A stretch of 64,000 nucleotides of DNA, taken from Coprothermobacterota bacterium (GTDB lineage: Bacteria; Coprothermobacterota; Coprothermobacteria; Coprothermobacterales; Coprothermobacteraceae). The notes under the pieces were generated by a model that searched no databases, was not told the origin of the DNA, and saw only the letters and a program-made list of their open reading frames with translations. Below, piece after piece: positions 39,322 to 48,736 of this stretch; positions within the stretch are counted from its first letter, which is position 1, and each line of letters begins with the position of its first letter. The position numbers and the translations under genes are program-made. The stretch lies in the NCBI GenBank assembly GCA_036679065.1, contig JAZIGN010000004.1, positions 64,001 through 128,000 of the forward strand. Direction: 5' to 3'.

Positions 39322-41527
39322 TGTCCTTCCTCCTCAAAGCATACGCTATTTGACCTAAGGCAATACCATTGTCATTCATGGGTACCTGCCTATTTCTGAA
39401 AACTTTCATCCCCGTCTTTTCTAAGTATTCACGAACCGTGTTGTATAGAATGCTGTTTTGAAAAGATCCACCGGTTATGACCACTGTTTCATAGCCAACG
39501 TTTTCTGTCAGCTTCACGGTTAACTTTGCAATGGTGTTGTGAAAAAGTCTTGCTATGTCAGTTGCCTCATAGCCTGTTCTAATGAGCTCCAGTATGTTTT
39601 GAATGATATCCTTGGTAGAAACCACTGACCCTTTTATGCTAACGTTATCCGCGAAGTCACCTTTTTCTAAGCTCTTTTCAGCTACCATTTGCAATTTTTG
39701 TGCTGGTTCACCTTCGTAAGTTGTAATGGTGCAAATACCAAGGAGTGCTGATACTGCATCAAAAATGCGACCCATACCACAAGCCAGAGGAAATGGCGCT
39801 TCTTTGCTAAGAAGGGCAATCTGTCTCCCTTTCCTTCCAAAAAACTTCTCAGCTTCATCTGGCTCAAGGAGGCTGGCAGCTAAGCGCCATGGTTCTTCGA
39901 TAGCTTTTTCCCCACCTACTAGTGGTATGTAGTCAAAGTGAAACAGCCTTTGGTAGCTTGTGTCCTCAAGAAATAGCACTTCCGAACCCCACAAAGTCTC
40001 GTCATCACCATAGCCCGTTCCGTCATATACCACGGCAACAGCTTTGGAAAGCTGATTCTCTTCCATAGCGGATAGTGCATGTGCAACGTGGTGCTGCACT
40101 TCCATCACAGGTAAGCCCAGGGAATAGGCAAATTCATGAGAAAGATATCCTGGGTGTTTGTCCGTAACTACGATTTGAGGCTCTATGTCAAACAGCTCTT
40201 TTAGGTGGTCTATGACTTTAACATAGGTTTGCATAGTCCTAACGTTTTTAAGGTCACCTATGTACTGACCTAAAATGGCATATCCATTCTTCGCAAGTGC
40301 TGGCGTTGACTTCTCGTCTCCTCCTGTGGCGAGAATGGGCACCTTGCATTGGGTTGAGAGCTTTATAGGTAGCGGAACATAACCTCGGCTTCGTCTTATT
40401 ATATGAGGTCCGTCGCTTAGGACTTGTACAACAGAGTCATCGACGTGGGTTACTATGGCACGGTCATGAGTTAACACGCAATCAGCCATTTTCAGAAGTC
40501 TTGGCAGGTCTGAATCTTCGTAGTAGATAACTTCGCCATGTAGATTAGCAGAGGTCATTACCAAGACGGCCTCTGGCCAGTGGTGGAAGATAATGTGGTG
40601 TAGTGGAGTATAAGGTACCATGAACCCTAAATAGTTTTGTCCCGGTGCTACAAGATCAGGCAAGTCCGAGTTGGGTCTTTTCTTAAGAAGTACAATAGGG
40701 GCTGCAGCGGATTCGAGAAGCTCTCTTTCAGAACTGCTTGTGAAGCAAAGCTTTTCAACGTTTGAAAGTGTTGCCATGAGGGCAAAAGGTTCCTGGGGCC
40801 TCTTCTTTAACTGCCTCAGTCTTTGGACAGCGCTTTCATTAAGAGCATCACAAACCAAAAGATAACCTCCTAAGCTTTTAACAGATACAACTTTTCCTTC
40901 CTTGAGAAGTTGCACTGTTTTTCTTAAGTCGGGGTCAGGAACATGTGCACCTTCCTTTGTAAGCAAATACGTATTGGGTCCACAATTTGGACATGCCACC
41001 GGTTGAGCGTGATACCGCCTGTCTCTGTGGTCTGTATATTCCTTGTAACAGTCTTCACATAAAGAGAACGTCTTCATGGAAGTATTTGGTCTATCGTAGG
41101 GCAGTTTTTCTATGACGGTGTACCTTGGACCACAGTTGGTGCAGTTAGTCAGCGGATATAGATACCTTCGGCTTGTTGAATCGAGAATCTCTTCCACACA
41201 GTCATGACACGTGGCCAAGTCAGGTGGTATGAAAGTATAAACGTCTTTTTCATGGTCCGAAGCAAGGATAACAAACTCCCTTTCTCCCTGGGTCTCCTCG
41301 CATTCCCATGTAGTAAATTCAATAAATATGGACTCGTGAGGTTTTTCTTTATTCAATTTTTCTTCGAACTGTTCAATGAGGTAAGAATCCCCCTGGACCT
41401 CTATGAGCACCCCATGCCCACTGTTGAGTACGAACCCCGTTAAACCTAGTTCCTTAGCGATTTTCGCAACAAAGGGCCTAAAGCCGACGCCCTGCACAAT
41501 TCCATTGATTCTGAACGCTTTTCTCAT
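39236..41527 (-). CDS. hypF: Carbamoyltransferase HypF
   Basis: GIVQGVGFRP, Zn fingers, RRSRG, QHH.AH, DGTG.G, ND.GIALGQ. Confidence 0.97.
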   Translation of the reverse strand: MRKAFRINGIVQGVGFRPFVAKIAKELGLTGFVLNSGHGVLIEVQGDSYLIEQFEEKLNKEKPHESIFIEFTTWECEETQGEREFVILASDHEKDVYTFIPPDLATCHDCVEEILDSTSRRYLYPLTNCTNCGPRYTVIEKLPYDRPNTSMKTFSLCEDCYKEYTDHRDRRYHAQPVACPNCGPNTYLLTKEGAHVPDPDLRKTVQLLKEGKVVSVKSLGGYLLVCDALNESAVQRLRQLKKRPQEPFALMATLSNVEKLCFTSSSERELLESAAAPIVLLKKRPNSDLPDLVAPGQNYLGFMVPYTPLHHIIFHHWPEAVLVMTSANLHGEVIYYEDSDLPRLLKMADCVLTHDRAIVTHVDDSVVQVLSDGPHIIRRSRGYVPLPIKLSTQCKVPILATGGDEKSTPALAKNGYAILGQYIGDLKNVRTMQTYVKVIDHLKELFDIEPQIVVTDKHPGYLSHEFAYSLGLPVMEVQHHVAHALSAMEENQLSKAVAVVYDGTGYGDDETLWGSEVLFLEDTSYQRLFHFDYIPLVGGEKAIEEPWRLAASLLEPDEAEKFFGRKGRQIALLSKEAPFPLACGMGRIFDAVSALLGICTITTYEGEPAQKLQMVAEKSLEKGDFADNVSIKGSVVSTKDIIQNILELIRTGYEATDIARLFHNTIAKLTVKLTENVGYETVVITGGSFQNSILYNTVREYLEKTGMKVFRNRQVPMNDNGIALGQIAYALRRKDNVFGNTHVSGGDTREQSVSILHERPQRN

Positions 41528-41678
41528 CAACAATGAATTATAGCAGGTATAATTAATTTGTCTGCATTGTTGGTTGTAGTTCAAGTGAGAAGTGTTAGAA
41601 TGTCTAACTGAGTTCTTGAAGAAGTGATACAGTGATAAAGGAAGAAAATAGCTTTCTAAAAAGTGAGGGGGTGTAGGC

Positions 41679-42068
41679 TTGTTACCTGGTATAGAACAGG
41701 CGAAGTTACAGCGTTACGGTCTGAACGGAGAAGGCGAAAGAGAAATAGTCGATGTGGATGTGCTCAAGCTATTTGAGTTCATAACTGATTTCAAAGATGT
41801 ATTCCGTTTTATTTCCATAACTGCATATCCTGAAGGTGATAGCTTATTTATGCAGTATCATTTTTCTTATGGTAGTTGGATCGCTTCCTTAAGGCTATTA
41901 GTGCCTGAAGACAAAGTAGTCCCTTCCATAACGCCTTTGCTACCTGCAGCAGATTGGGCAGAAAGAGAGATTATGGACTTGTTTGATATTAAGTTTTCTA
42001 ATCATCCGCGTCCTAAGAGGCTTATTATTCCTGACGATGCTAAGCGTGGAATCTATTTAGATTTTTAG
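41679..42068 (+). CDS. Group 4 hydrogenase NuoC-like subunit (MbhK-like)
   Basis: VPSI...AADWAEREIMDLF.I.F.NHP. Confidence 0.9.
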   Translation: MLPGIEQAKLQRYGLNGEGEREIVDVDVLKLFEFITDFKDVFRFISITAYPEGDSLFMQYHFSYGSWIASLRLLVPEDKVVPSITPLLPAADWAEREIMDLFDIKFSNHPRPKRLIIPDDAKRGIYLDF

Positions 42069-42078
42069 GAGGTGCATA

Positions 42079-43161
42079 ATGGGTTACAAGTTTCCGCTTG
42101 GTCCTTACCATCCGGCTTTTGAAGAAGGGGAATACATTGAACTACAGCTGGAAGGTGAAATGGTTGTTGATGCCGAGATCAAGATAGGTTTCATTCACCG
42201 AGCAATTGAAAAAAGTGCTACTAAGAGAACTTTTATTCGAGATCTGGGTTTAGTGGAGAGGACTTGTGGCATTTGCTCATTCCATCACAGCTGGGCATAC
42301 TGCTTAGCAGTGGAAAAGGCCGCAGGTTTGGAAGTTCCCGAAAGAGCCGAGTACATTAGGGTACTCACTGCTGAACTAGAGAGAATACATAGTCACCTGA
42401 TGTATTTGGGTGCCATGGCTCACAAGATGGGTTTCGATACGTTGTTCATGTTCACATGGTCGGGAAGAGAAGCAGTCATGGATATGTTGGAGCTTTTGTC
42501 AGGCAATCGTGTCAATTATGCAGTAAATACGTTGGGAGGCGTACGGCGTGACGTTGATGAGAACATCTCTTCGCAAATAAAAGCTGCTCTTGAAACCCTC
42601 GAAGACCTTGCTCTTAAGCTCAGCGATACGTGGACTAAGGATGCTAGCCTACTGGCTAGGACTAAAAATGTTGGGTTCGTTAGCCGCGAACAAGCCCACT
42701 TACTGGGTGTTGTAGGCCCTACTGCACGAGGTTCGGGCATCAGAGAAGATCTTAGGAAGACTTCCCCTTATTCTGTTTATCCCCTTATGGATTTTGACCT
42801 AGTGGTCTTAGATGGCGGCGATGTTTGGTCTCGCACTTTCGTTAGAGTTCTGGAAGTGCTTGAATCGATCAAGATCGTACGTCAAGTTTTAGATAAGATA
42901 CCGTCAGGCTCTATTAAGAACCCAAAGCCCGTTTTGAAGATCGAGCCCAATGATGTTATTGGCCGTGTGGAGGCTCCACGAGGTGAATTGGCTTACCATT
43001 TGATAACCGATGGAACAGACAAACCTGCTAGGCTTAAGATTCGAACACCCACTCTGATTAATTTACCTGCTTCCGAACACATGATGCGTGGATCGAACTT
43101 GGCAGATGCTCCTGTTATCGTTGGTCACATTGATCCATGTATGAGCTGTATGGATCGATAA
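42079..43161 (+). CDS. Group 4 [NiFe] hydrogenase large subunit (MbhL-like)
   Basis: L1 motif RTCGICSFHH and L2 motif DPCMSCMDR; GPYHP, ELERIHSH, EAPRGE. Confidence 0.96.
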   Translation: MGYKFPLGPYHPAFEEGEYIELQLEGEMVVDAEIKIGFIHRAIEKSATKRTFIRDLGLVERTCGICSFHHSWAYCLAVEKAAGLEVPERAEYIRVLTAELERIHSHLMYLGAMAHKMGFDTLFMFTWSGREAVMDMLELLSGNRVNYAVNTLGGVRRDVDENISSQIKAALETLEDLALKLSDTWTKDASLLARTKNVGFVSREQAHLLGVVGPTARGSGIREDLRKTSPYSVYPLMDFDLVVLDGGDVWSRTFVRVLEVLESIKIVRQVLDKIPSGSIKNPKPVLKIEPNDVIGRVEAPRGELAYHLITDGTDKPARLKIRTPTLINLPASEHMMRGSNLADAPVIVGHIDPCMSCMDR

Positions 43162-43178
43162 AGGGTAGGTGATGATAT

Positions 43179-43688
43179 GTGAATAATAAAGCCAGAACGT
43201 TTGTGGGTGTATGGTTTTTCAGTATGGTATTTTGGCTGTTATTTACCTGGTCACTGGATTTGCAAGAAGTTGTGTTCGGTCTCATATTGACTTTTCTGGT
43301 TACGCTTTTCACCTATGACCTTTGGATTGATACCAAGCTGCTTAATGTGTTGAACCCGCTAAATTGGCCAACTATCATAGTTTATTTTCTTGTGCTCCTC
43401 AAAGAAATGGTGAAAGCTAATATTGACTTGGCTTTACGGACGTTGAATCCAAAGTTACCTATTTCTCCTGGCATAGTCGAAATAGAAGCGGATTTCCCTT
43501 CCGATGAGGCGTACACTCTGGTAGCAAATTCCATAACGTTGACTCCGGGTACGATAACGGTTGATATCGATAAAGAAAACAAGAAAATGTATATTCACTG
43601 GATCCACGTGGACACTGAGGATCCAAAGAAGGGAGCGGAAATCATTCATGGTTTCGCTGCCCCATTCGCGAGGAGGCTATTCTCATGA
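43179..43688 (+). CDS. MrpE/MbhA-like antiporter subunit
   Basis: ANSITLTPGT, HWI. Confidence 0.92.
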   Translation: MNNKARTFVGVWFFSMVFWLLFTWSLDLQEVVFGLILTFLVTLFTYDLWIDTKLLNVLNPLNWPTIIVYFLVLLKEMVKANIDLALRTLNPKLPISPGIVEIEADFPSDEAYTLVANSITLTPGTITVDIDKENKKMYIHWIHVDTEDPKKGAEIIHGFAAPFARRLFS

Positions 43689-43939
43689 GTGCTGAATTAC
43701 TGCTCATGTTATTCCTTATCATTTTGTCAGTGATTCTTCTTTACAGAGTTGTGGTAGGACCTCAGGACATGGATCGCATCGTGGCCATGTCGACGATCTC
43801 ACCGATTATCGCTGTGGTCTTGGCTCTTTGGAGTCTCGAGATGCGACGTGGTATTTACCTGGACATAGCTTTGGTACTCGCATTGCTGGACTTTATCATG
43901 GTAGTGGCTTATGCACGTTACATAAGGGGGGAGCTCTGA
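43685..43939 (+). CDS. MrpF/MbhB-like subunit
   Basis: GP...DRIVA, three TM segments. Confidence 0.9.
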   Translation: MSAELLLMLFLIILSVILLYRVVVGPQDMDRIVAMSTISPIIAVVLALWSLEMRRGIYLDIALVLALLDFIMVVAYARYIRGEL

Positions 43940-43940
43940 C

Positions 43941-44291
43941 ATGGACTATGTTGCTTATGTTCTTTATGGCATAGGTGCTTTTTTTAATTTTGCTGGTGTA
44001 GTGGGCATATTGCGTATGCCTGATCCATATTGCAAGCTGCAAACCTCGACTAAGAACGTAACATTGGGGTGCATAAGTATAATGCTTGGCGTGTTTCTAA
44101 GGGAAATTCATTTGGGGTTACTGTCCAGCTTTGGCGTGAAGGCTTTATTGCTCTCACTTTTCATGCTCATTACAAACCCTACTGCTTCCCACGTGCTAGC
44201 TAGAGCCTGCTACTACGCGGGTGTGCCACTGTGGGAAAAATCTGTGACTGATCATTTGAAGAGCAGGAAGGAGGCTGAATCAAATGAGTAA
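43941..44291 (+). CDS. MrpG/MbhC-like subunit
   Basis: G.LRMPD.Y..L, TNPTASH. Confidence 0.92.
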   Translation: MDYVAYVLYGIGAFFNFAGVVGILRMPDPYCKLQTSTKNVTLGCISIMLGVFLREIHLGLLSSFGVKALLLSLFMLITNPTASHVLARACYYAGVPLWEKSVTDHLKSRKEAESNE

Positions 44292-44535
44292 TGGCGTCCT
44301 TTTGCTCCACGTGATAAACCTTGTAGGGGCGCTCATTAGCGCCTGGTTTACAGTTTTGCAAAAAAATCTTGTCAGAGCTGTTATCGGACAAGCTGTTATG
44401 GGTTCCTTTGTGGCACTGGAGTTTCTTCTTTTAAACGCACCTGACGTTGCTATTGCTGAAGCCGCTGTAGGTGTTGTCGTGGTACCAATAATCTTCTTCG
44501 TGGTCCTGCAAAGAACCAAGGAGGTGGAAGAATGA
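44284..44535 (+). CDS. MbhD-like (DUF4040) subunit
   Basis: APDVAIAEAAVG. Confidence 0.9.
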   Translation: MSNGVLLLHVINLVGALISAWFTVLQKNLVRAVIGQAVMGSFVALEFLLLNAPDVAIAEAAVGVVVVPIIFFVVLQRTKEVEE

Positions 44536-44912
44536 AATTCAGAGATTTCTTGGCTTTCCTCATAGTAGCTTTTTTGTTTTTTGGTATATTTTTCTCTTTG
44601 CACGGCAACGACAAGCTTTTCAATACACCACTTTCTGAATATTCTGAGGTACAGGATACTCCTGATCCGCTGTTACCCATTCCAAACATTGGAAAAACCA
44701 TAACCGAATACGAAATAGCACAGCAAACGGGGAAGAATGTGGATTGTCAGTACGCTGGTGGTGAATGTGGTGTAAATGCAGCCAACGTAGTAACGTCAAT
44801 TGTGTTCGGTTACAGAGGATATGATACGTTGGGTGAAGCCACAATTTTGTTCGTCGCCATCACTGGTCTGGTTTATATGGTTACGGCTTTGAAAGGTGGC
44901 GAGGGAAAATGA
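44532..44912 (+). CDS. MbhE-like subunit (MrpB N-terminal part)
   Basis: NVVTSIVFGYRGYDTLGE. Confidence 0.9.
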   Translation: MKFRDFLAFLIVAFLFFGIFFSLHGNDKLFNTPLSEYSEVQDTPDPLLPIPNIGKTITEYEIAQQTGKNVDCQYAGGECGVNAANVVTSIVFGYRGYDTLGEATILFVAITGLVYMVTALKGGEGK

Positions 44913-45331
44913 CCATGGTACCAAAAATCATCGTGAAGTTTATTTCTCCGCTGGTAATGACACTTGGAGCTTATGTGGTGTTACATGGTCACCTAAGCCC
45001 GGGTGGAGGTTTCCAGGGTGGAGTTATCTTAGGTGGTGTGGCTGCCCTGGTGTTCCTTGTTTTTGGAGCTGACGCTGTGTTACATAGATTCAACCTGGAG
45101 AAGTACACTCTGATGGAAGCTTTAGGCGGTATTGGCTTTGCGGGTGCAGCTATTGTTGGGTTATGGAAAACTGGCTTTTTCATGGGTGACTTCTTGGGTG
45201 TTGGTATAACTGGCAAGATTCTCAGCGCTGGAGTTGTAGCCTTGATGAACTTCTTTGTGGGCGTTAAAGTTTTTGGAGGTATTGTTGAAGTTATCGGCGC
45301 CATGGCTGAGACTAAGGAGGGGGAGTTTTAA
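44909..45331 (+). CDS. MbhF/MrpB-like subunit
   Basis: HGHLSPGGGFQGG. Confidence 0.92.
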   Translation: MTMVPKIIVKFISPLVMTLGAYVVLHGHLSPGGGFQGGVILGGVAALVFLVFGADAVLHRFNLEKYTLMEALGGIGFAGAAIVGLWKTGFFMGDFLGVGITGKILSAGVVALMNFFVGVKVFGGIVEVIGAMAETKEGEF

Positions 45332-45332
45332 A

Positions 45333-45674
45333 ATGGTTGCGTTCTTACTCATGGCCGGTGTTTTTCTGGCTGGGCTTTATGGACTTTTGGCCCGTAAAAA
45401 TCTGATAAAAATCATCATTAGTTTGTCTGTGGTGACTTCAGGCTTGAACTTGATGATAGTGTCCTTGGGGTATTGGGGAATAGACGCTACAGCTCCCATT
45501 TTCATGGATATTAGTCCCACTCTTTCAGTTGCAGACCCCGTTCCTCACGCTTTGACACTTACCTCCATTGTCATTGATGTTGCGGTAACTGCCATGGCGT
45601 TAAGCATTGCCCTCTGGGTTCATAAGCATTTTGGTACCTTTGATATGAATAAGGTGAGGAGGCTAAAAGGATGA
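45333..45674 (+). CDS. MrpC/MbhG-like subunit
   Basis: NLIK, DPVPHALTLTSIVI; ATG after AGGAGG. Confidence 0.92.
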   Translation: MVAFLLMAGVFLAGLYGLLARKNLIKIIISLSVVTSGLNLMIVSLGYWGIDATAPIFMDISPTLSVADPVPHALTLTSIVIDVAVTAMALSIALWVHKHFGTFDMNKVRRLKG

Positions 45675-48600
45675 CTTGGCAAGCATATCAGCCTGCGGCG
45701 TTGTTAATTGGTATACCTTTAGCAGTTGCTTTCCTGCTTCCTTTCATAAACGCTCTTTTTGGAAAAAGAAAATTTGTCCCAACATTTGTGGGCATAGCTC
45801 TTTCGCTGTTTCAACTGCTATTTGGTCTAGTGGTGGTGTTGCCCAAGGTTATGGAAAAACCCATCTTCGTGTTCATGTCTGGGTTTAAGCCCCCGCTGGG
45901 AATCGCTCTTTGGATAGATGTTTTTGGCGCTGGTTTGAGTATGTTGCTTTGGTTTGTTGCCTTGGCTGCGCTTTTTTATAACGTTTCTTACTTGCATGTT
46001 CACGATGAAATGAGGTTTGTCATACTTACCATACTTATGGTGACTGGGGCCACGGGTGTTTCTCTTACAAATGACTTGTTTAACATGTATGTCTTCTTAG
46101 AAATCGCAAGCATAAGTGCTTATGCTCTGGTCAACGCTTACAGAACTCCAGAGACAGCGGAAGCTAGTATGAAGTATTTGATTCTTGGTTCTGTGGCTAC
46201 TTCCTTTGTTTTGTTCGCTCTGATACTGATCTACCAAGGTACTCGTTCACTGAATATGTGGGACATCTCTTTCAAGATTGGATCCATGCCCACAGGTACC
46301 CTTTGGCTTGCTATTGCTTCTCTCTTCGTGGGTTTTGGTGTGGAAGGAGCTATCTGGCCTCTTAACAGTTGGCTTCCCGATGCTCACCCTGCTGCACCTG
46401 CTTCTGTTTCTGCATTGCTTTCAGGTGCAGTGATTAAGATAGGTATTTTGGCCATGGTGCGTTTCATGTATATTGTGTTTACACCTGTAATTGCTACGAC
46501 CAAACAGTTTTCGGTATTTCTTATGGTAATTGCTGCTTTAACAGTTCTTGTGGGAGAATTTTCTGCATATAGGCAGCGTGATGCAAAAAGGCTTTTGGCG
46601 TTTTCATCCACCGCCCAAGTCGGTTACATGGTACTAGGCATTTTTTCAGGCAGCCCCATCGGATTTGTGGGTGGCATACTGCATGTTTTTGGCCATGGCT
46701 TAAGTAAAGCACTTGCCTTCTTGCTTAGTGGAGAGATTACCGATAAAGTACCAGACAGGGATCTGAATAAGGCTGGGGGTTCTTTGAGTGGGATTAGTAC
46801 TGCCTATTCGAATTTAGTTGCTGTACTTGGTCTTTCAAGCATGCCCCCGTTTTTGACATTTTTCTCAAAACTGTTCATTATCATAGGATTGGTTCAAAGG
46901 CAATTCTACTGGGCAGCAGCCGTATTGGCTATTGGTAGCGTAGTGGAAGCGTGTTACTACGGTTCTTACTTGGCCACGACTAGTGGATCTCCTCTTAGGT
47001 GGGACAGAGTTAGCTGGCGCAGTTTAAGTTATGCATTGCTTGTTTTTGGTCTCATCGCTATTTCTTTCTTATCTCCTTTTGTAAGCAAGTTCTCTGAAGG
47101 TCTGCTCAGTTTCACTGCTGGTACTCAGTTGGCTTTTAACATTCGTTTGAATATTTCTGAGTGGCTCGTCAACAATGGATGGATGTGGTTGTGCATTGTA
47201 GCATTGTTCCTTTTGGCTAATTTAAGTTTGCAGGCTGTGGGCTATGCGGGTCTTCTTATTTCGGCTTTGGTACTCATTTTCCCACAAAAGGCTTCAGAGC
47301 TTCTGGGTTTAGGTGCCGCTAGTCCAGCGTCAACGATCTTCTTGGGGTTGTTGGCTGTGGGATCGGCTGTTCTGAGCATGATATGCCTGTCGGGAACAGG
47401 TTGGGGTAGAAACAAGAGCTTTCAGATAAACGCCACTTTGCTTGCTTTTGTCAGTCTTCTTTGGCTGATTTCTTCAAATACGTTGCTCACCACGTTAGTG
47501 GCATGGGAAGTGTTAAGTTGGAGCGGTCTTATGATGGTGGTAGGAGAGGGCAATAAAGAGTTAGCTTCTTCCTATTATGGTTGGGCAATGGCTTCTGGGC
47601 TTGCTTTCATGTTTGCAGTGGCCGGTCAAGCTTTAGGACAGAATTGGTGGCTCTTTGCATTGACCGTGGGTGTACTGATAAAACTGGGTATGTTTGGTTT
47701 TCACGGATGGATGATAAGAGTCTATGGAGAAAGTTCTCCAGTAGTGGGAGCAGTATTCAGCGGAATCATGTCTTTGGGAGCAGTGGTAGTCACGTTCAAG
47801 TATGGTGTTGAGAATTATCTTATGTTCCCCGTGCTCATTCTCGCAGGATTTCAAGTGCTCTATGGTGGCTTAATTGCTTTGGGTAAAGAGAATTTGCGTG
47901 AGATATTGGCTTACTCATCTTTGTCGAATATGGGCTTTTTGATCATAGCTATTTTCCTTAGCTCAAAGGCACTTCAAGGGACAAGTCCAATTTCCATAAT
48001 GATCTATGCTCCATTCATATTTGCCGTTGCTTATGCCCTTTTTGAATCTGTCATGTTCTTGAGTACCAGCTATCAAAGGAGCAACAAAGGGATTTTACTA
48101 AGTTTTTCCGTGATCGTGGCTTCCCTTGCATCAGCTGCCATGCCTTTAACATCAGGATTTTTGGCGAAGTGGAGTGTTTACATGAGCAGTGTTTACGCGT
48201 TTTCACCACTACTTACCGCTGTGCTCATGCTGGGAACCATTTTAAGCATTGCTTACAGTGCAAAGTGGTTCATCTTGTGGCTTGGTAGTACGTCGGTGAC
48301 CAAACGAGGTGTAGAAAGTAGCTCGCTTTTGGTGGGTGCATTGGCTCTAATTGGTACTAGCTTCATACAGGTTGGGGTTTCTTGGACAGGTGCATTTTTC
48401 TGGATTGTACTGTTAACAGTGTTGACTACGTTGCTCGTGCTTGTACCATTCTTCCGCAAGGCAAAGCAAGAAGGTGAAGTCTATACTGGTAGTGCACTGT
48501 TTGAACCAGAGCGTGCCACCATGGGATTTGAAGACCTTTTTTACCCCTATGGCCTTTGGTTGTCAAAAGCAGCCACACACGCCTTGGAGTATGGCTATAG

Positions 48601-48736
48601 CTACCTGACATCGTTTTTCGACTTTATGGCAGATGTGGTTAGATCTACCTACACTGGGGTGATCAACGACTATGCTACTTACATAGTGATCTTCTTTATT
48701 GCCGCATTCGTTATTGGCAGGGGGTGGTTGATGTGA
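45671..48736 (+). CDS. Fused double antiporter-like (MrpD/NuoL-type) membrane subunit
   Basis: Two modules: DLFN..FLE/WLPDAH/LAFSS and WE/K.G.F.FH.W/LAYSS; C-terminal YTG..NDY helix. Confidence 0.88.
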   Translation: MTWQAYQPAALLIGIPLAVAFLLPFINALFGKRKFVPTFVGIALSLFQLLFGLVVVLPKVMEKPIFVFMSGFKPPLGIALWIDVFGAGLSMLLWFVALAALFYNVSYLHVHDEMRFVILTILMVTGATGVSLTNDLFNMYVFLEIASISAYALVNAYRTPETAEASMKYLILGSVATSFVLFALILIYQGTRSLNMWDISFKIGSMPTGTLWLAIASLFVGFGVEGAIWPLNSWLPDAHPAAPASVSALLSGAVIKIGILAMVRFMYIVFTPVIATTKQFSVFLMVIAALTVLVGEFSAYRQRDAKRLLAFSSTAQVGYMVLGIFSGSPIGFVGGILHVFGHGLSKALAFLLSGEITDKVPDRDLNKAGGSLSGISTAYSNLVAVLGLSSMPPFLTFFSKLFIIIGLVQRQFYWAAAVLAIGSVVEACYYGSYLATTSGSPLRWDRVSWRSLSYALLVFGLIAISFLSPFVSKFSEGLLSFTAGTQLAFNIRLNISEWLVNNGWMWLCIVALFLLANLSLQAVGYAGLLISALVLIFPQKASELLGLGAASPASTIFLGLLAVGSAVLSMICLSGTGWGRNKSFQINATLLAFVSLLWLISSNTLLTTLVAWEVLSWSGLMMVVGEGNKELASSYYGWAMASGLAFMFAVAGQALGQNWWLFALTVGVLIKLGMFGFHGWMIRVYGESSPVVGAVFSGIMSLGAVVVTFKYGVENYLMFPVLILAGFQVLYGGLIALGKENLREILAYSSLSNMGFLIIAIFLSSKALQGTSPISIMIYAPFIFAVAYALFESVMFLSTSYQRSNKGILLSFSVIVASLASAAMPLTSGFLAKWSVYMSSVYAFSPLLTAVLMLGTILSIAYSAKWFILWLGSTSVTKRGVESSSLLVGALALIGTSFIQVGVSWTGAFFWIVLLTVLTTLLVLVPFFRKAKQEGEVYTGSALFEPERATMGFEDLFYPYGLWLSKAATHALEYGYSYLTSFFDFMADVVRSTYTGVINDYATYIVIFFIAAFVIGRGWLM

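Noticed and set aside
43130..43161. Possible selenocysteine in the hydrogenase large subunit
   Set aside because: Both L2 ligands are TGT Cys codons; no in-frame TGA
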